64,000 nt of DNA from Bacteroidota bacterium (lineage in GTDB: Bacteria; Bacteroidota; Bacteroidia; NS11-12g; UBA955). Position numbers and translations under genes: made by a program. Within the stretch, counting starts at the first letter, position 1; each line of letters starts with the position of its first letter. The stretch is taken from NCBI GenBank assembly GCA_947451105.1, contig CANFXY010000001.1, forward strand, positions 280-64,279, written 5' to 3'. This document shows positions 1-11,843 of the stretch, piece after piece. Below the pieces are notes generated by a model that worked only from the letters and a program-made list of their open reading frames with translations, made no database searches and was not told where the DNA came from.

Positions 1-1
1 T

Positions 2-1525
<1,524 letters not shown>

Positions 1526-1546
1526 TAATTAATTATCAATAAATCA

Positions 1547-1572
1547 AAAGGGGCTAGCAAGCCCCTTTTTTA
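1547..1572 (+). terminator. Rho-independent terminator after gyrB (GGGGCT-AGCA-AGCCCC hairpin + T6)
   Basis: Perfect 6-bp GC-rich stem with 4-nt loop followed by TTTTTT, 20 nt downstream of the gyrB stop. Confidence 0.8.
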
Positions 1573-1651
1573 TTGGATTAAATTCTCTATTTTCTTAAAA
1601 TCAATACCTTCTTATCGGCTAAAAATCTTTATTTTTGTACCCGTTTATCCC

Positions 1652-3178
1652 ATGCAAGAGCAAATATTAATTCTAGATTTTGGTTCTCAATACACACAAC
1701 TAATAGCAAGACGCGTAAGAGAGCTAAATGTATACTGCGAAATTCATCCGTATAACAATATTGGTGAAATATCAGAAGGCGTAAAAGGCGTTATCCTTAG
1801 TGGTAGCCCTGCCTCCGTAAGGGACCCTGAATGTCCTAAAATTGATCTGACCCAATTTATTGGTAAATATCCTGTTTTAGGTGTTTGTTACGGTGCACAA
1901 TACATCGCGCAAAATTTAGGTGGAGTTGTTGCAGCAAGCGATCATAGAGAATATGGCCGTTCAATGTTGCACATTAAAAATGAATCAAAATTATTGAAAG
2001 GACTTAGCTCTCCAACCCAAATGTGGATGAGCCATGCAGATACCATAATGGAATTGCCAAGCAATGCTGAATTATTAGCTGGTACAGATTCAATAAGCAA
2101 TGCAGCTTACCGTTTGATAGATTCTGAAACCTATTGCATACAATTTCACCCTGAGGTTACCCATAGCACAGAGGGCTTAAAGTTGTTAAGTAATTTTGTG
2201 GTAGACATTGCAGGCTGCAAACAAGATTGGAATCCTGATAATTTCATACATGAAACAGTTGAACAATTAAAAAAACAAATTGGCGATGACCGCGTAATCC
2301 TTGGCCTTTCAGGAGGCGTGGATAGTAGTGTTGCTGCAGCTCTTTTGCATAAAGCAATTGGTAAAAATCTTTATTGCATTTTTATTGACAATGGTTTGCT
2401 TAGACAAAATGAATTTCAAGAAGTTCTTGAGGCCTACCGACAAATGGATCTAAATGTTATTGGTGTTGATGCTTCTCAGCAATTCTACGATGCATTGGCA
2501 GGTTTGTATGATCCTGAATTGAAAAGAAAAGCAATTGGACGTGTATTCGTTGAAGTGTTCGACCAAGAATCTCATAAAATTGATGGCGCACAATGGTTGG
2601 CGCAAGGTACAATATACCCAGATGTGATCGAATCCGTTTCAGTTAAAGGACCATCAGCAACCATTAAATCTCACCACAATGTGGGTGGCTTGCCAGAAAA
2701 AATGAAAATGAAAATTGTCGAGCCACTTAGATCGCTTTTTAAAGATGAAGTAAGAAGAGTTGGTGCTGCATTGAATATTCCAAAGAACATTTTAGGCAGA
2801 CATCCATTTCCAGGACCAGGATTGGCCATTAGAATAATAGACGATATTACAGTAGAGAAAGTTAGAATCTTACAACAGGCTGATGCAATTTACATCGAGA
2901 CTTTACGTGAAACAGGTTGGTACGATAAAATTTGGCAAGCTGGCGCGATTTTCCTTCCGGTAAAAAGTGTTGGTGTTATGGGCGATGAGAGAACGTATGA
3001 ATATGTAATAGCGCTTCGCGCGGTGTCTTCTCTCGATGGAATGACTGCAGATTGGGTTCATATTCCATATGAGATTTTGGCAGATATAAGCAATAAAATA
3101 ATTAATCGTGTAAAAGGGATTAATAGAGTGGTTTATGATATCAGTTCAAAACCACCAGCTACAATTGAATGGGAATAA
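1652..3178 (+). CDS. guaA: GMP synthase (glutamine-hydrolysing)
   Basis: 508 aa with an N-terminal class-I glutamine amidotransferase domain ([26 protein letters not shown]) and an ATP-pyrophosphatase domain (SGGVDSSV). C-terminal end matches GMP synthases (ATIEWE). Confidence 0.95.
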   Translation: MQEQILILDFGSQYTQLIARRVRELNVYCEIHPYNNIGEISEGVKGVILSGSPASVRDPECPKIDLTQFIGKYPVLGVCYGAQYIAQNLGGVVAASDHREYGRSMLHIKNESKLLKGLSSPTQMWMSHADTIMELPSNAELLAGTDSISNAAYRLIDSETYCIQFHPEVTHSTEGLKLLSNFVVDIAGCKQDWNPDNFIHETVEQLKKQIGDDRVILGLSGGVDSSVAAALLHKAIGKNLYCIFIDNGLLRQNEFQEVLEAYRQMDLNVIGVDASQQFYDALAGLYDPELKRKAIGRVFVEVFDQESHKIDGAQWLAQGTIYPDVIESVSVKGPSATIKSHHNVGGLPEKMKMKIVEPLRSLFKDEVRRVGAALNIPKNILGRHPFPGPGLAIRIIDDITVEKVRILQQADAIYIETLRETGWYDKIWQAGAIFLPVKSVGVMGDERTYEYVIALRAVSSLDGMTADWVHIPYEILADISNKIINRVKGINRVVYDISSKPPATIEWE

Positions 3179-3179
3179 A

Positions 3180-4298
3180 ATGAGATTAGGCCTGACCATA
3201 TTTTGTATTCTTGCATTTTTTTCTAGCAGATTGTATGCGAACAATGTGTTGCATGAAAAACTCCCTCCGTATAAAAAAGAATACAAGGTTGTTTTAATGC
3301 TCCCTTTTTGCATAGGTATGCCTGATAAATGGAAAGTCAGAGATATCATGGCAGAATACTATGAAGGAATAGAGATGGCCATCGCTGATTTGGAAACCCA
3401 AGGACTTAAAATGAAATTGACAGTCCTTGATACCAAAATGGACAGCTTAGAGGTTATTCGTCTGTTGCAAAATCCTGATCTTCAGGAAACTGATTTGATG
3501 ATTGGTCCAGTATACGACAATGAATTGTTTGAAGTCGAGAAATTTTGCGCCATATACAAAATACCTTTGGTGTCACCACTTCGATACTATCCCAATACCT
3601 TAGGTACAGAATTTCCATTAATTAATTGCAATACGGTTGATAGCCTTCAATATTTCTACACTGGAAAACACGCTGCTTTTGCCTTCAAAAAATTTCAAGT
3701 GGTGGTTGTTGATGATGTTCTCAAAAATACGAGAACTTTTGCCGCTCGAAATTTTAAAAAAGGATATGAATTGGCCTCAGGTCAAAAATGTCAAATAATT
3801 GATGGTAAAACCGTTACAATTGAATCGGTTTGGAATAAAAAAGATTCTCTAATGGTTTTTTACACGGGTAAAGGCGCAAGCAGTTGCAGCCAAGGAATAT
3901 CTGCAAAAAACAATCCGAAATGCATAGTGGTGGGACCAACTGACTGGCTTGATATCGATAGAGTGAGTTACAATTCACTTAATGGATTGTATTTTTACGG
4001 TACATACAGCGTGCCATACAACGATACAACCTACAAAGCCTTTAGAAGAGAATACCGTTTGAAATATGGAGGTGACCCTGACCGCTACACTTTTATTGGT
4101 TACGATCAGTTTTCATTTTTTGCCACCGCCTTAATGGCTTTTGACCAAGACTTTTATAAATATATTTTAAATAAGGAATTCAACTACACGCACCGTACAT
4201 TTAATTTTGTTCAAAGAGGCAACCTAATTGAAAATGCTGGTTTGAATTTGTTTTATTACGAAAATTATAATTTTTACAAAGCATTTTGGAGATACTAA
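3180..4298 (+). CDS. Periplasmic binding protein, type-1 PBP fold (Leu/Ile/Val-binding-protein-like), secreted
   Basis: Chosen start is the ATG 1 nt after the guaA stop, giving a signal peptide (MRLGLTIFCILAFFSSRLYA). N-lobe pattern (VVLMLPF...GIEMAIADLE...KMKLTVLDTK...LIGPVYDNELFEVEKFCAIYKIPLVSP) resembles LivJ/LivK-type PBPs. No ABC permease or ATPase nearby. Confidence 0.55.
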   Translation: MRLGLTIFCILAFFSSRLYANNVLHEKLPPYKKEYKVVLMLPFCIGMPDKWKVRDIMAEYYEGIEMAIADLETQGLKMKLTVLDTKMDSLEVIRLLQNPDLQETDLMIGPVYDNELFEVEKFCAIYKIPLVSPLRYYPNTLGTEFPLINCNTVDSLQYFYTGKHAAFAFKKFQVVVVDDVLKNTRTFAARNFKKGYELASGQKCQIIDGKTVTIESVWNKKDSLMVFYTGKGASSCSQGISAKNNPKCIVVGPTDWLDIDRVSYNSLNGLYFYGTYSVPYNDTTYKAFRREYRLKYGGDPDRYTFIGYDQFSFFATALMAFDQDFYKYILNKEFNYTHRTFNFVQRGNLIENAGLNLFYYENYNFYKAFWRY

Positions 4299-5359
4299 AA
4301 CCATTCAGATTAGCAGTTGTCGCAGACATATTATCTAATTATAAATACGACCAACCTTTTCAATATTATTTCACCAACCTTTGCAAGCAAAATAGATCTT
4401 GGGGAAGCAAGGATAGAAAAATATATAAAAATTTATGCTTTTCCTATTTTAGAATGGGGTATGCATTGAATTCAGAAACAGATTTACAAAGTAAAATTAA
4501 AAAGGCTGTTTCTGTTTCAGATGAAACAACTCAATTCCCTAAGCCAGATGAGATCTTCCCTCACAGAAATGAGGTAAGTCAACTGTTAGATTTTGATGAG
4601 TGGGTTAATGGATTGCAATTTCAAAAGCCATTGTACTTGGTATTAAGACGTGGATCCGAAGCTCTAGTCTACAATTTTCTGAAACAAAATCAAATTCCTT
4701 ATGAACAGGTTACAGAATTCAGCCTTAAGTTGGAGGCAGATAGCAAGTGCAACCATGTGTTAGAACATGGGTGGGCTTGGACCATGGATTTTGCTTCTCA
4801 AAAAGTAGCCGATGGTGTCGAAGTAGAAGAAGACGATGTCATTTGGGATGCATGCAGCGGAGCTGGTGGAAAATCAATTTATATTTCTAATAAATACATT
4901 AAACCATTTCTATTAACCTGCAGCGATAAAAGGTTTACAATTCTGGAAAACTTAAAAGCTCGTTTTAAATCATTAGGCTTAAAGGTGCCGCAAATTGAAT
5001 TATGTGATTTGTTGGAAGTATTTCAATTAAAGACAAAATACGATAAAATCATATTGGATGTGCCTTGTTCCGGAAGTGGAACCTGGGGACGTTCTCCTGA
5101 AAACATATTAGGTTTCGAACTTTCAAAGATTGACTATTTCTCTAAACTCCAGCTGAAAATAGCAGGAAACGCCCTGAAAAATCTAAAAACGGATGGCAAG
5201 TTGTACTACATGACCTGTTCTGTATTTGCTTCTGAAAATGAGAAAAATGTAGACTATTTGGTTAATAACCACGGTTTAAGATTGGAATCTATGCAATATA
5301 CAGTTGCGCCCAATAATGAATCAGATACCTTGTTCATCGCTGTTTTAACCAAGTTGTAA
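4286..5359 (+). CDS. RsmB/NOP2/Sun-family RNA (cytosine-C5) methyltransferase
   Basis: Both catalytic Cys motifs present: motif IV DVPCSGSGTWGR and motif VI MTCSV. SAM-binding WDACSGAGGKS. 357 aa, short form lacking a NusB-like N-domain. Confidence 0.8.
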   Translation: MEILKPFRLAVVADILSNYKYDQPFQYYFTNLCKQNRSWGSKDRKIYKNLCFSYFRMGYALNSETDLQSKIKKAVSVSDETTQFPKPDEIFPHRNEVSQLLDFDEWVNGLQFQKPLYLVLRRGSEALVYNFLKQNQIPYEQVTEFSLKLEADSKCNHVLEHGWAWTMDFASQKVADGVEVEEDDVIWDACSGAGGKSIYISNKYIKPFLLTCSDKRFTILENLKARFKSLGLKVPQIELCDLLEVFQLKTKYDKIILDVPCSGSGTWGRSPENILGFELSKIDYFSKLQLKIAGNALKNLKTDGKLYYMTCSVFASENEKNVDYLVNNHGLRLESMQYTVAPNNESDTLFIAVLTKL

Positions 5360-5492
5360 TTTTCTGCATCTTAGATTTTCGGAATTGTAGATTTCTTAAA
5401 TCTTTTTAATTTAGATGATTCTTTATATTTAAACTCTGCTCGTTTTAAACAGTTTTTATTAAATAATCTACTTTTATCTTTTCTTATGGCTC

Positions 5493-5500
5493 TAATTTTG
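5493..5500 (+). promoter_or_regulatory. Candidate Bacteroidota -7 promoter element (TAATTTTG) upstream of the polysaccharide locus
   Basis: Match to the Bacteroidota sigma-A -7 consensus TAnnTTTG inside the 332-nt AT-rich spacer before wza. No clear -33 TTG seen. Would imply a ~185-nt leader. Confidence 0.2.
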
Positions 5501-5691
5501 TAGAATAAATACGGTTTTTAGTGTGCAAAAATTGGTGATATTAAAGCAAAATCACTTATTATTGCACTTCAATTTTGATGAAAACACAAACTCTTTCAAA
5601 ACTGATTTTTTTCAACGTTTAATTTATACCATTATAATTAAGTTTTGGTTAAATTTAAAATATTGATTATTATAACTTTAGATACACAGAT

Positions 5692-6474
5692 ATGACACAA
5701 AATAGATTAAATCCTTTGTTTAAAATCACATTGATTTTACTTTTATTTAGTTCCTGCGTAAGCAGTTCTAAAATTCGAATTTTTAGTGGATTAAATGACA
5801 AAACCACTCAGGATATACTTAAAAACACACATGAAAATTTAATTAAGCCAAGCGATATACTACAAATAACCATCTTTTTGACCCAAGATAAAGAAACAGA
5901 AAAGATTTTAAATAATACGGTTACATCTACACCTGGTGCAAGTTCTGCCGCTCCTTCAGGATATTTGGTCGACGATTCAGGTTATGTAAAACTTCCATTG
6001 CTTGGCAAAGTATCTTGTCAAGATTTAAGTAAAAAACAATTAGAAGATAAAATTGCAAACCTTTTAACAGATGGAAAGGTTGCCATTGATCCAATTGTAA
6101 GTGTCCGAGTTTCCAATTATAAAATCACATTATTAGGTGAGGTTGCGAGGCCAGGTGTTTTTAATATTCAAAATGAGAAAATCACAATAATTGAGGCGAT
6201 TGGTATGGCAGGTGATTTGACCGTTTATGCCCAAAGAGATAATGTACTATTGATCCGCGAGCAAAATGGGAAGAGAACCTACACTAGATTTAATTTAAAT
6301 GACCCAGAAATATTTAATAAAGACTTTTATTATTTACAAAATCAAGACGTTATCTATTTTGAACCCGGTAAAAGTAAAACAGCAGCCATTGACCGCAGCT
6401 CTCAATTTGTATCTATGGGTATTTCAACCATTACCCTCATCATTTTGCTTTACAGCAATTTCGTCGGAAAATAA
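5692..6474 (+). CDS. wza: Polysaccharide export outer-membrane lipoprotein (Wza/OPX family)
   Basis: Lipoprotein-type signal (LLLFSSCVSS). Polysaccharide export/SLBB-like region (DILQITIF..., KITLLGEVARPGVFNI, DLTVYAQRDNVLLIREQNGK). First gene of a same-strand operon. Confidence 0.85.
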   Translation: MTQNRLNPLFKITLILLLFSSCVSSSKIRIFSGLNDKTTQDILKNTHENLIKPSDILQITIFLTQDKETEKILNNTVTSTPGASSAAPSGYLVDDSGYVKLPLLGKVSCQDLSKKQLEDKIANLLTDGKVAIDPIVSVRVSNYKITLLGEVARPGVFNIQNEKITIIEAIGMAGDLTVYAQRDNVLLIREQNGKRTYTRFNLNDPEIFNKDFYYLQNQDVIYFEPGKSKTAAIDRSSQFVSMGISTITLIILLYSNFVGK

Positions 6475-6491
6475 TATTTTAAAGTACACAA

Positions 6492-8873
6492 ATGAACGAT
6501 AAAAAATCACCTGTTAAGAGCGAAACAGCCAATTTAGTTAATGACATCATAAGCAAATACTTGCCATTTTGGCCTGTTTTTGCGCTTGCTATTGTTATCT
6601 GTTTTGCTGTTACATTTCTAAAATTGAGGTACACAACGCCACTTTTTAAGGCCACAGCTACTATTATGCTGAAGGATGAAGAAACAGGCATGGAAAGTGT
6701 CATAAATGCCTTAGAGGGTACAGAATCTAAAAAGAATGTTGAAAATGAAATTGAAATTATAAAATCTAGGGGCTTAATGACTCAAGTTGTTGTTGACATG
6801 GGATTGTATGCTGAAGTTTTTATACCAGGTCGTATTAACAATTTGTATGCCTATAACAATTGTCCTGTTTCATTTATAGCAATTGATCCTGCTAAGACTT
6901 TTAATACAAGCCTTATTGATTTTACTTATTATCCACTTGAAAAAGCGGTTGAATTAGCAGGGAAAAAATATCCCCTAGAAGATACAGTATTAACGCCATA
7001 TGGAAAATTTAGGATTAATTACCAACACAAGAATGATGTAAAAGACAATAGGAAATATTTTGTAAAGTTTTCTAAAGTTGATGACATGGCGAAAAACTTA
7101 TTATCTAATTTGTCGATTTCACCAGGCTCTAAGCAAACCACAATATTGAATTTGGGAATAACTGATCCTGTTCCTGAACGTGCGGTTGATATTTTAAACG
7201 CCTTAATAAAGGAATATAATAGGGCAGGTGTTGCAGATAAAAATACTATGGCTGAAAATACGCTCAAGTTTATTGAAGAACGTTTGGCCAAAGTAACCAT
7301 TGAATTGTCTTCAATTGAAATGGACATTGAAAATTATAAGCAAAAAGAAGACATTGTTGATATTTCAACCCAAGGTACAGCCTATTTAGCGAATGTTCAA
7401 GCATCAGATCAACAGGCAGCTGAGGTAAATATTCAATTGTCTGTAATGGATAACATTGAAAAATATTTAATTAATAAAAGCGATAATTCAGGAACAGTTC
7501 CCTCTACCTTTGGAATTAGCGATCCAACGCTGATGAGTTTGTTAAATAAACTTAATGAAGCAGAATTGCAATTAAGCCGTATTAGAAAAACTGGTGCGGA
7601 AAACTCGCCGACAGTATTGGCTTTGCAAAGTCAAATTTCCCAATTGAAGCCTAGTATTTTAGAAAATATCAGAAATTTAAAACAGAATCTAAAGGCTACA
7701 GAATCAAAAATTAGAGGACAAAGCAACCGTTATACCAGTATGTTGCAAACCATTCCAAAAAAAGAAAGGGAATTGTTGGACATTAATAGGCAACAAACAG
7801 TAAAAAACAGTATTTATACTTTTTTACTGGAAAAACGAGAAGAAACTGCCTTGTCCTATGCATCTGCCGCATCTGATAGTAGATTGATTAATCCTGCCGA
7901 GGCACTTGGATTTCCTGTAAAGCCCGTTAAATCAAGCATGTATATTTTTGCTCTGCTTTGCGGTGTTTTAATAGGTGTGGCATTCGTTCTACTCAAAGAA
8001 AAGCTTACCAGAGAGATTATGTTCAGATCTGAAATTGAAAAAAATACAGACGCAACCATATTATCTGAAATAATTTTCAATGAAGGCAAAGAAACCATCG
8101 TAGTAAATGATGGAAACAGAACACCAATCGCAGAACAATTTAGATCTTTAAGAACTTCACTAGGCTTTATAGGTTCTAATGCACACAACAAAACAATTTT
8201 AATGACTTCTTCTGTTTCTGGAGATGGGAAAAGTTTTATTGCGATTAATCTTTGTATTAGTTTAGCAATAGCCAACAAAAAAGTACTTTTATTGGACCTA
8301 GACATGAGAAGACCAAAACTCTCAACTATGCTTGGTTTAAAGAATGATTTTGGAATGTCTACAATACTATCTGGCAATTGTGCCAAAGAAAAGGCGATTC
8401 AAAATATCAAAGATATTCCCAATTTAAGTATTATTACCGCAGGTCAAGTGCCTCCCAATCCAACCGAATTAATAATGAATGGTAAATTAGAGGAAATATT
8501 AAAAGACTATAAGACGGAATTTGACTATATTATTATTGATACACCGCCTATAGGTTTGGTAACCGATGCTAAAATTTTAGGGCAATTCTCAGATATTACA
8601 TTCTATATCGTTCGTCATCACCATACGCCTAAATCATACTTAAGATTCATTAACAATTTATACGTTAATGAAGAATTTCGCAATATGTATATTGTCTTTA
8701 ATGGTTTGAAAGAAAGAGGTATGCTAGGCGCAAAAAGTACTTATGGCAATGGTTACGGCAATGGTTATGGTTATGGGTATGGGTATGGATATTCTTCTGA
8801 CGAAAATACCCAGGTTGGTTTTTTGAATTTCTTTAATAAGAAATTAAAGAATTTAATAAAGAGAAAAGTCTAA
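6492..8873 (+). CDS. wzc: Wzc-type polysaccharide co-polymerase fused to BY tyrosine kinase
   Basis: 793 aa. N-terminal TM + Wzz-like periplasmic coiled-coil region, second TM (IFALLCGVLIGVAFVLL), cytoplasmic P-loop domain (Walker A SSVSGDGKS, Walker B LLLDLDMRRP, IIIDTPP). C-terminal tyrosine cluster YGNGYGNGYGYGYGYGY. Confidence 0.9.
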   Translation: MNDKKSPVKSETANLVNDIISKYLPFWPVFALAIVICFAVTFLKLRYTTPLFKATATIMLKDEETGMESVINALEGTESKKNVENEIEIIKSRGLMTQVVVDMGLYAEVFIPGRINNLYAYNNCPVSFIAIDPAKTFNTSLIDFTYYPLEKAVELAGKKYPLEDTVLTPYGKFRINYQHKNDVKDNRKYFVKFSKVDDMAKNLLSNLSISPGSKQTTILNLGITDPVPERAVDILNALIKEYNRAGVADKNTMAENTLKFIEERLAKVTIELSSIEMDIENYKQKEDIVDISTQGTAYLANVQASDQQAAEVNIQLSVMDNIEKYLINKSDNSGTVPSTFGISDPTLMSLLNKLNEAELQLSRIRKTGAENSPTVLALQSQISQLKPSILENIRNLKQNLKATESKIRGQSNRYTSMLQTIPKKERELLDINRQQTVKNSIYTFLLEKREETALSYASAASDSRLINPAEALGFPVKPVKSSMYIFALLCGVLIGVAFVLLKEKLTREIMFRSEIEKNTDATILSEIIFNEGKETIVVNDGNRTPIAEQFRSLRTSLGFIGSNAHNKTILMTSSVSGDGKSFIAINLCISLAIANKKVLLLDLDMRRPKLSTMLGLKNDFGMSTILSGNCAKEKAIQNIKDIPNLSIITAGQVPPNPTELIMNGKLEEILKDYKTEFDYIIIDTPPIGLVTDAKILGQFSDITFYIVRHHHTPKSYLRFINNLYVNEEFRNMYIVFNGLKERGMLGAKSTYGNGYGNGYGYGYGYGYSSDENTQVGFLNFFNKKLKNLIKRKV
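8742..8792 (+). repeat. In-frame hexanucleotide (GGN-TAY)n microsatellite encoding the Wzc C-terminal (GY) tyrosine cluster
   Basis: tatggcaatggttacggcaatggttatggttatgggtatgggtatggatat: about 6 near-identical 6-nt units plus 2 12-nt units, encoding YGNGYGNGYGYGYGYGY. Confidence 0.7.
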
Positions 8874-10246
8874 TGGAAATTAAACAATTACCAAGCATTG
8901 GTGAAAAGCGTTTAAAAAAGGCTTTTGAATGGGTTAAACTCATTAGTGTTTCAGGAATCGTTCAGATATTGGTAACCGGTTTAGGTTTTGTAAGTGGACT
9001 ATTAGTTGTCCGCTACCTAGACAAAGATCAATTAGCGCTATATAGTATGGCCAACAATATTCTTGGCACAATGGTCATTTTAGCTGATGGTGGTATTTCA
9101 AATGGTGTTATGGCTTTTGGTGCTCAGGTCCAAGACAATATGCGAAAATTTGGAAAGGTATTAAATACCGGTATGGATTTGCGCAAAATGTTTGCCATTA
9201 TTAGTATCATCATAGCGGCTCCTATGCTTATATTCTTGTTGATGAATAACGGCTCCACTTTTTGGGTGGCTTTTGTTATTTTTATTGCTATTATCCCAAC
9301 ATTTCTTGCATCCTTGTCAGGTAATTTGCTTGAAATTGTAGCTAAAATTAAACAAGATATTTTTCCACTACAGAAAATACGAATGGAATATAATATATTT
9401 CGTTTAATATTAATTTTCATTGTGGTTTTTTTATTTCCTTATGCTTATTTAGCTTTGTTAGCTGGCGGTATACCTCAATTTTATAATAATTGGCGTTTGA
9501 GGAAATTAGCACAGAAATATGTTGATTTTAGTGTTGAACCTGATAAAGTATTTAAATTTAAGAACTTGTTCAAAAAGAACACTTCACAAGATGGAAATGA
9601 ATCAAACAATGACGAGAATTACAGAGAGAAAATTTTAAAGGTTGTGAGTCGGATTATGCCAGGGGCAGCATATTTTAGTATATCTGGTCAAATAAATCTT
9701 TATTTGATTTCAATTTTCAGTAATTCAGGCGAGGCTAATCAATCTATATCTGAGATCGCAGGATTAGATAAGTTGGGTATGGTAATGACTATTGTGTCGC
9801 AGTTATTCGTTACCTTGATCATGCCAAGATTTGCACAATTGCCAGATGTAAAGGCAGTATTGATCAATCGATTTATTCAAATTTTTATTTTACTAACGGG
9901 TATTTCTCTAATAGTGATAGGTTCATTTTATCTATTCGATACATTTCTACTTAATCTTCTAGGGGATAAATACAAGGGCATAGAATTAGCTTTGCTTTTA
10001 AGTGTAACAGGAACAAGTATTGGCATGATAGCAGGTAATGTATATTCTTTATTTGTGAATAGAGGCTGGAATATTCCACCATATTTTTCAATTCCATTAA
10101 ACATAGCCATTATTACAGTTGCTATTATTTTATTTCCTATTGGTACCGTCATTGGTGTGCTTAAAATGAATATTTTCATCAATTCAATCCATTTGATTGT
10201 TAATACATCCTATTTAGTTTATAAAATAAATTCAAAAAGAAGATAA
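8873..10246 (+). CDS. wzx: Wzx-type polysaccharide/O-unit flippase (MOP superfamily)
   Basis: 457 aa, ~12 predicted TM helices throughout. Start overlaps the wzc stop. Sits where Wzx does in Wzy-dependent loci. Confidence 0.7.
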   Translation: MEIKQLPSIGEKRLKKAFEWVKLISVSGIVQILVTGLGFVSGLLVVRYLDKDQLALYSMANNILGTMVILADGGISNGVMAFGAQVQDNMRKFGKVLNTGMDLRKMFAIISIIIAAPMLIFLLMNNGSTFWVAFVIFIAIIPTFLASLSGNLLEIVAKIKQDIFPLQKIRMEYNIFRLILIFIVVFLFPYAYLALLAGGIPQFYNNWRLRKLAQKYVDFSVEPDKVFKFKNLFKKNTSQDGNESNNDENYREKILKVVSRIMPGAAYFSISGQINLYLISIFSNSGEANQSISEIAGLDKLGMVMTIVSQLFVTLIMPRFAQLPDVKAVLINRFIQIFILLTGISLIVIGSFYLFDTFLLNLLGDKYKGIELALLLSVTGTSIGMIAGNVYSLFVNRGWNIPPYFSIPLNIAIITVAIILFPIGTVIGVLKMNIFINSIHLIVNTSYLVYKINSKRR

Positions 10247-10257
10247 TAAATACTAAA

Positions 10258-11229
10258 ATGAACAACGCAGTTTGTACCTTATTTGAAAAACACTACCACC
10301 ATGGTGTTGCTGTTTTAAGTAATTCTTTGATTAGAAATGGTTTTAAAGGTTCCATATACGCCGGATATCGAGGGTCTTTGCCACAATGGTGTGATAGAGC
10401 TCAACCGGATGATAGTTTAAGTTGGGAAGGCGCTTTTACAATCGAAATTAGTGATGAAGTAAAGATTCATTTACTGCCGATGAAAACAGATGCTCACTTC
10501 ACAAATTATAAAGCCCATTTTATGCTGCAGCTTTGGGACGGACCTGCTAAGAATGCTGATGCTATGTTTTATTTTGATCCAGATGTTGTTTTTATAGCTA
10601 GATGGAGTTTCTTTGAAGAGTGGGTTAGATGCGGTGTTGCCGTCTCTGAGGATGTTAATTCTCCTGTATCTCAATACCATCCAAGAAGGATAGGTTGGCG
10701 CGAATTTTTCGGTCAATACAATCATAATCTACAATTTAAAGAATCTTATTATGTTAACGCAGGCTTTGTAGGTGTGAAAAGAACTGATATAAATTTTTTG
10801 GAAATTTGGAAGAAAATGATGGAGGAATTAGCTTTAAGAATAGGTGGACTAAATCGAAGTTCTGTTTCTGGTGTTGCTATTCCATTGGAGGAACAAGGCG
10901 ATCTTACCCCTTTTGGGAATGTCGATCAAGATGTTCTTAATGCTGCAATTGAAGCTTTTGAAGGCAAAGTGAGTTTTGCGGGAAAAGAAGGAATGGCATT
11001 TGCTTCTTCTGGGGCTGCGTTAATCCCTCATGCATTGGGCAGAAATAAGCCATGGTTGTTAAAACCAATGCTCTATTTGCTTAAAGGTCACCCACCTAGA
11101 AAAGTTGATAAAGTTTATTGGAAGTATGCCAATCAACCATTAAAGGCCCATTCCGATTTTAAGATTAGTAGCATGAAGTTTCAAATAAAGTGTGCTTCAC
11201 TTTTAGGGAGATTTTATAGTAGAAATTAA
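10258..11229 (+). CDS. Putative GT-A fold glycosyltransferase (GT8-like, DxD)
   Basis: N-terminal pattern LFEKHYHHGVAVLSNSL, candidate DxD (FYFDPDVVF) and YYVNAGFVGVKRTDINFLEIWKKM resembling the GT8 YFNSGVLLINLKKWR region. Assignment by motif resemblance only. Confidence 0.45.
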   Translation: MNNAVCTLFEKHYHHGVAVLSNSLIRNGFKGSIYAGYRGSLPQWCDRAQPDDSLSWEGAFTIEISDEVKIHLLPMKTDAHFTNYKAHFMLQLWDGPAKNADAMFYFDPDVVFIARWSFFEEWVRCGVAVSEDVNSPVSQYHPRRIGWREFFGQYNHNLQFKESYYVNAGFVGVKRTDINFLEIWKKMMEELALRIGGLNRSSVSGVAIPLEEQGDLTPFGNVDQDVLNAAIEAFEGKVSFAGKEGMAFASSGAALIPHALGRNKPWLLKPMLYLLKGHPPRKVDKVYWKYANQPLKAHSDFKISSMKFQIKCASLLGRFYSRN

Positions 11230-11252
11230 CAAGGAAAAAAATATTATAACTA

Positions 11253-11843
11253 ATGATTGACTTTAAAAAAATTCTCGAACTCCAATACAGTAAAGTTACC
11301 GATTGGCATAATGAAATAAAATTTTCTGAGGAAACATTACCTTGGATGTTTATTGAAGAAAATATGAAATGGAATTTTATGCTATGGCATGAAGAAGATA
11401 TTGCGAGAATTAAAGACATTGATCCACTTAGGATTGTTGAAGCAAAAAGAAATATTGATCAATACAACCAAGCCCGAAATAATGCAATGGAAAAAATTGA
11501 TGAATGGATTCTTTCCTTTTTAGAATCAAATAGGATTAATCCTGGAGAAAAAATGCATTCTGAAACTCCTGGAATGATGATAGACCGCTTGGCTATAATG
11601 GCATTGAAGAAATACCATATGGAAGAAGAAACTTTGAGATCAGATGTCGAACAAGCACATATTGACAAATGTGCCTTAAAAGTGTCCGTTTTAAATGAGC
11701 AAATCATAGACTTGTCAAATGCTTTAAATCAAGTTTTTATTGATCTTGAAAATTCTATTTTACGATTTAAAGTGTATAGACAGTTCAAAATGTACAATGA
11801 CCCAAGTTTAAATCCAGAGTTATACAAAAGAAATAATAGTTAA
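11253..11843 (+). CDS. Conserved hypothetical protein (DUF4254-like, the family usually next to GT9 genes in Bacteroidota)
   Basis: 196 aa soluble, helical. Immediately upstream of and abutting a GT9-like gene (stop/start share nt 11843). Family assignment from memory of this conserved pairing. Confidence 0.4.
   Translation: MIDFKKILELQYSKVTDWHNEIKFSEETLPWMFIEENMKWNFMLWHEEDIARIKDIDPLRIVEAKRNIDQYNQARNNAMEKIDEWILSFLESNRINPGEKMHSETPGMMIDRLAIMALKKYHMEEETLRSDVEQAHIDKCALKVSVLNEQIIDLSNALNQVFIDLENSILRFKVYRQFKMYNDPSLNPELYKRNNS

Noticed and set aside
5534-5540. 7-nt match (tggtgat) to the tRNA-Lys 3' end at the far border of the polysaccharide locus, as a possible attL/attR direct repeat
   Set aside because: Too short to be significant (expected by chance in a 330-nt spacer). 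No integrase, excisionase or transposase anywhere in the window.
7856-8386. 176-aa minus-strand ORF inside wzc (and similar antisense ORFs at 1136..1360, 7019..7327, 9124..9420, 15785..16267, 22914..23249, 28916..29287, 31504..31917, 33713..34042, 37072..37341, 45269..45550, 46760..47089, 53771..53971, 61507..62129)
   Set aside because: All fall fully inside longer ORFs on the other strand with strong homology-like motifs. They are shadow ORFs typical of AT-rich DNA with few stop codons.
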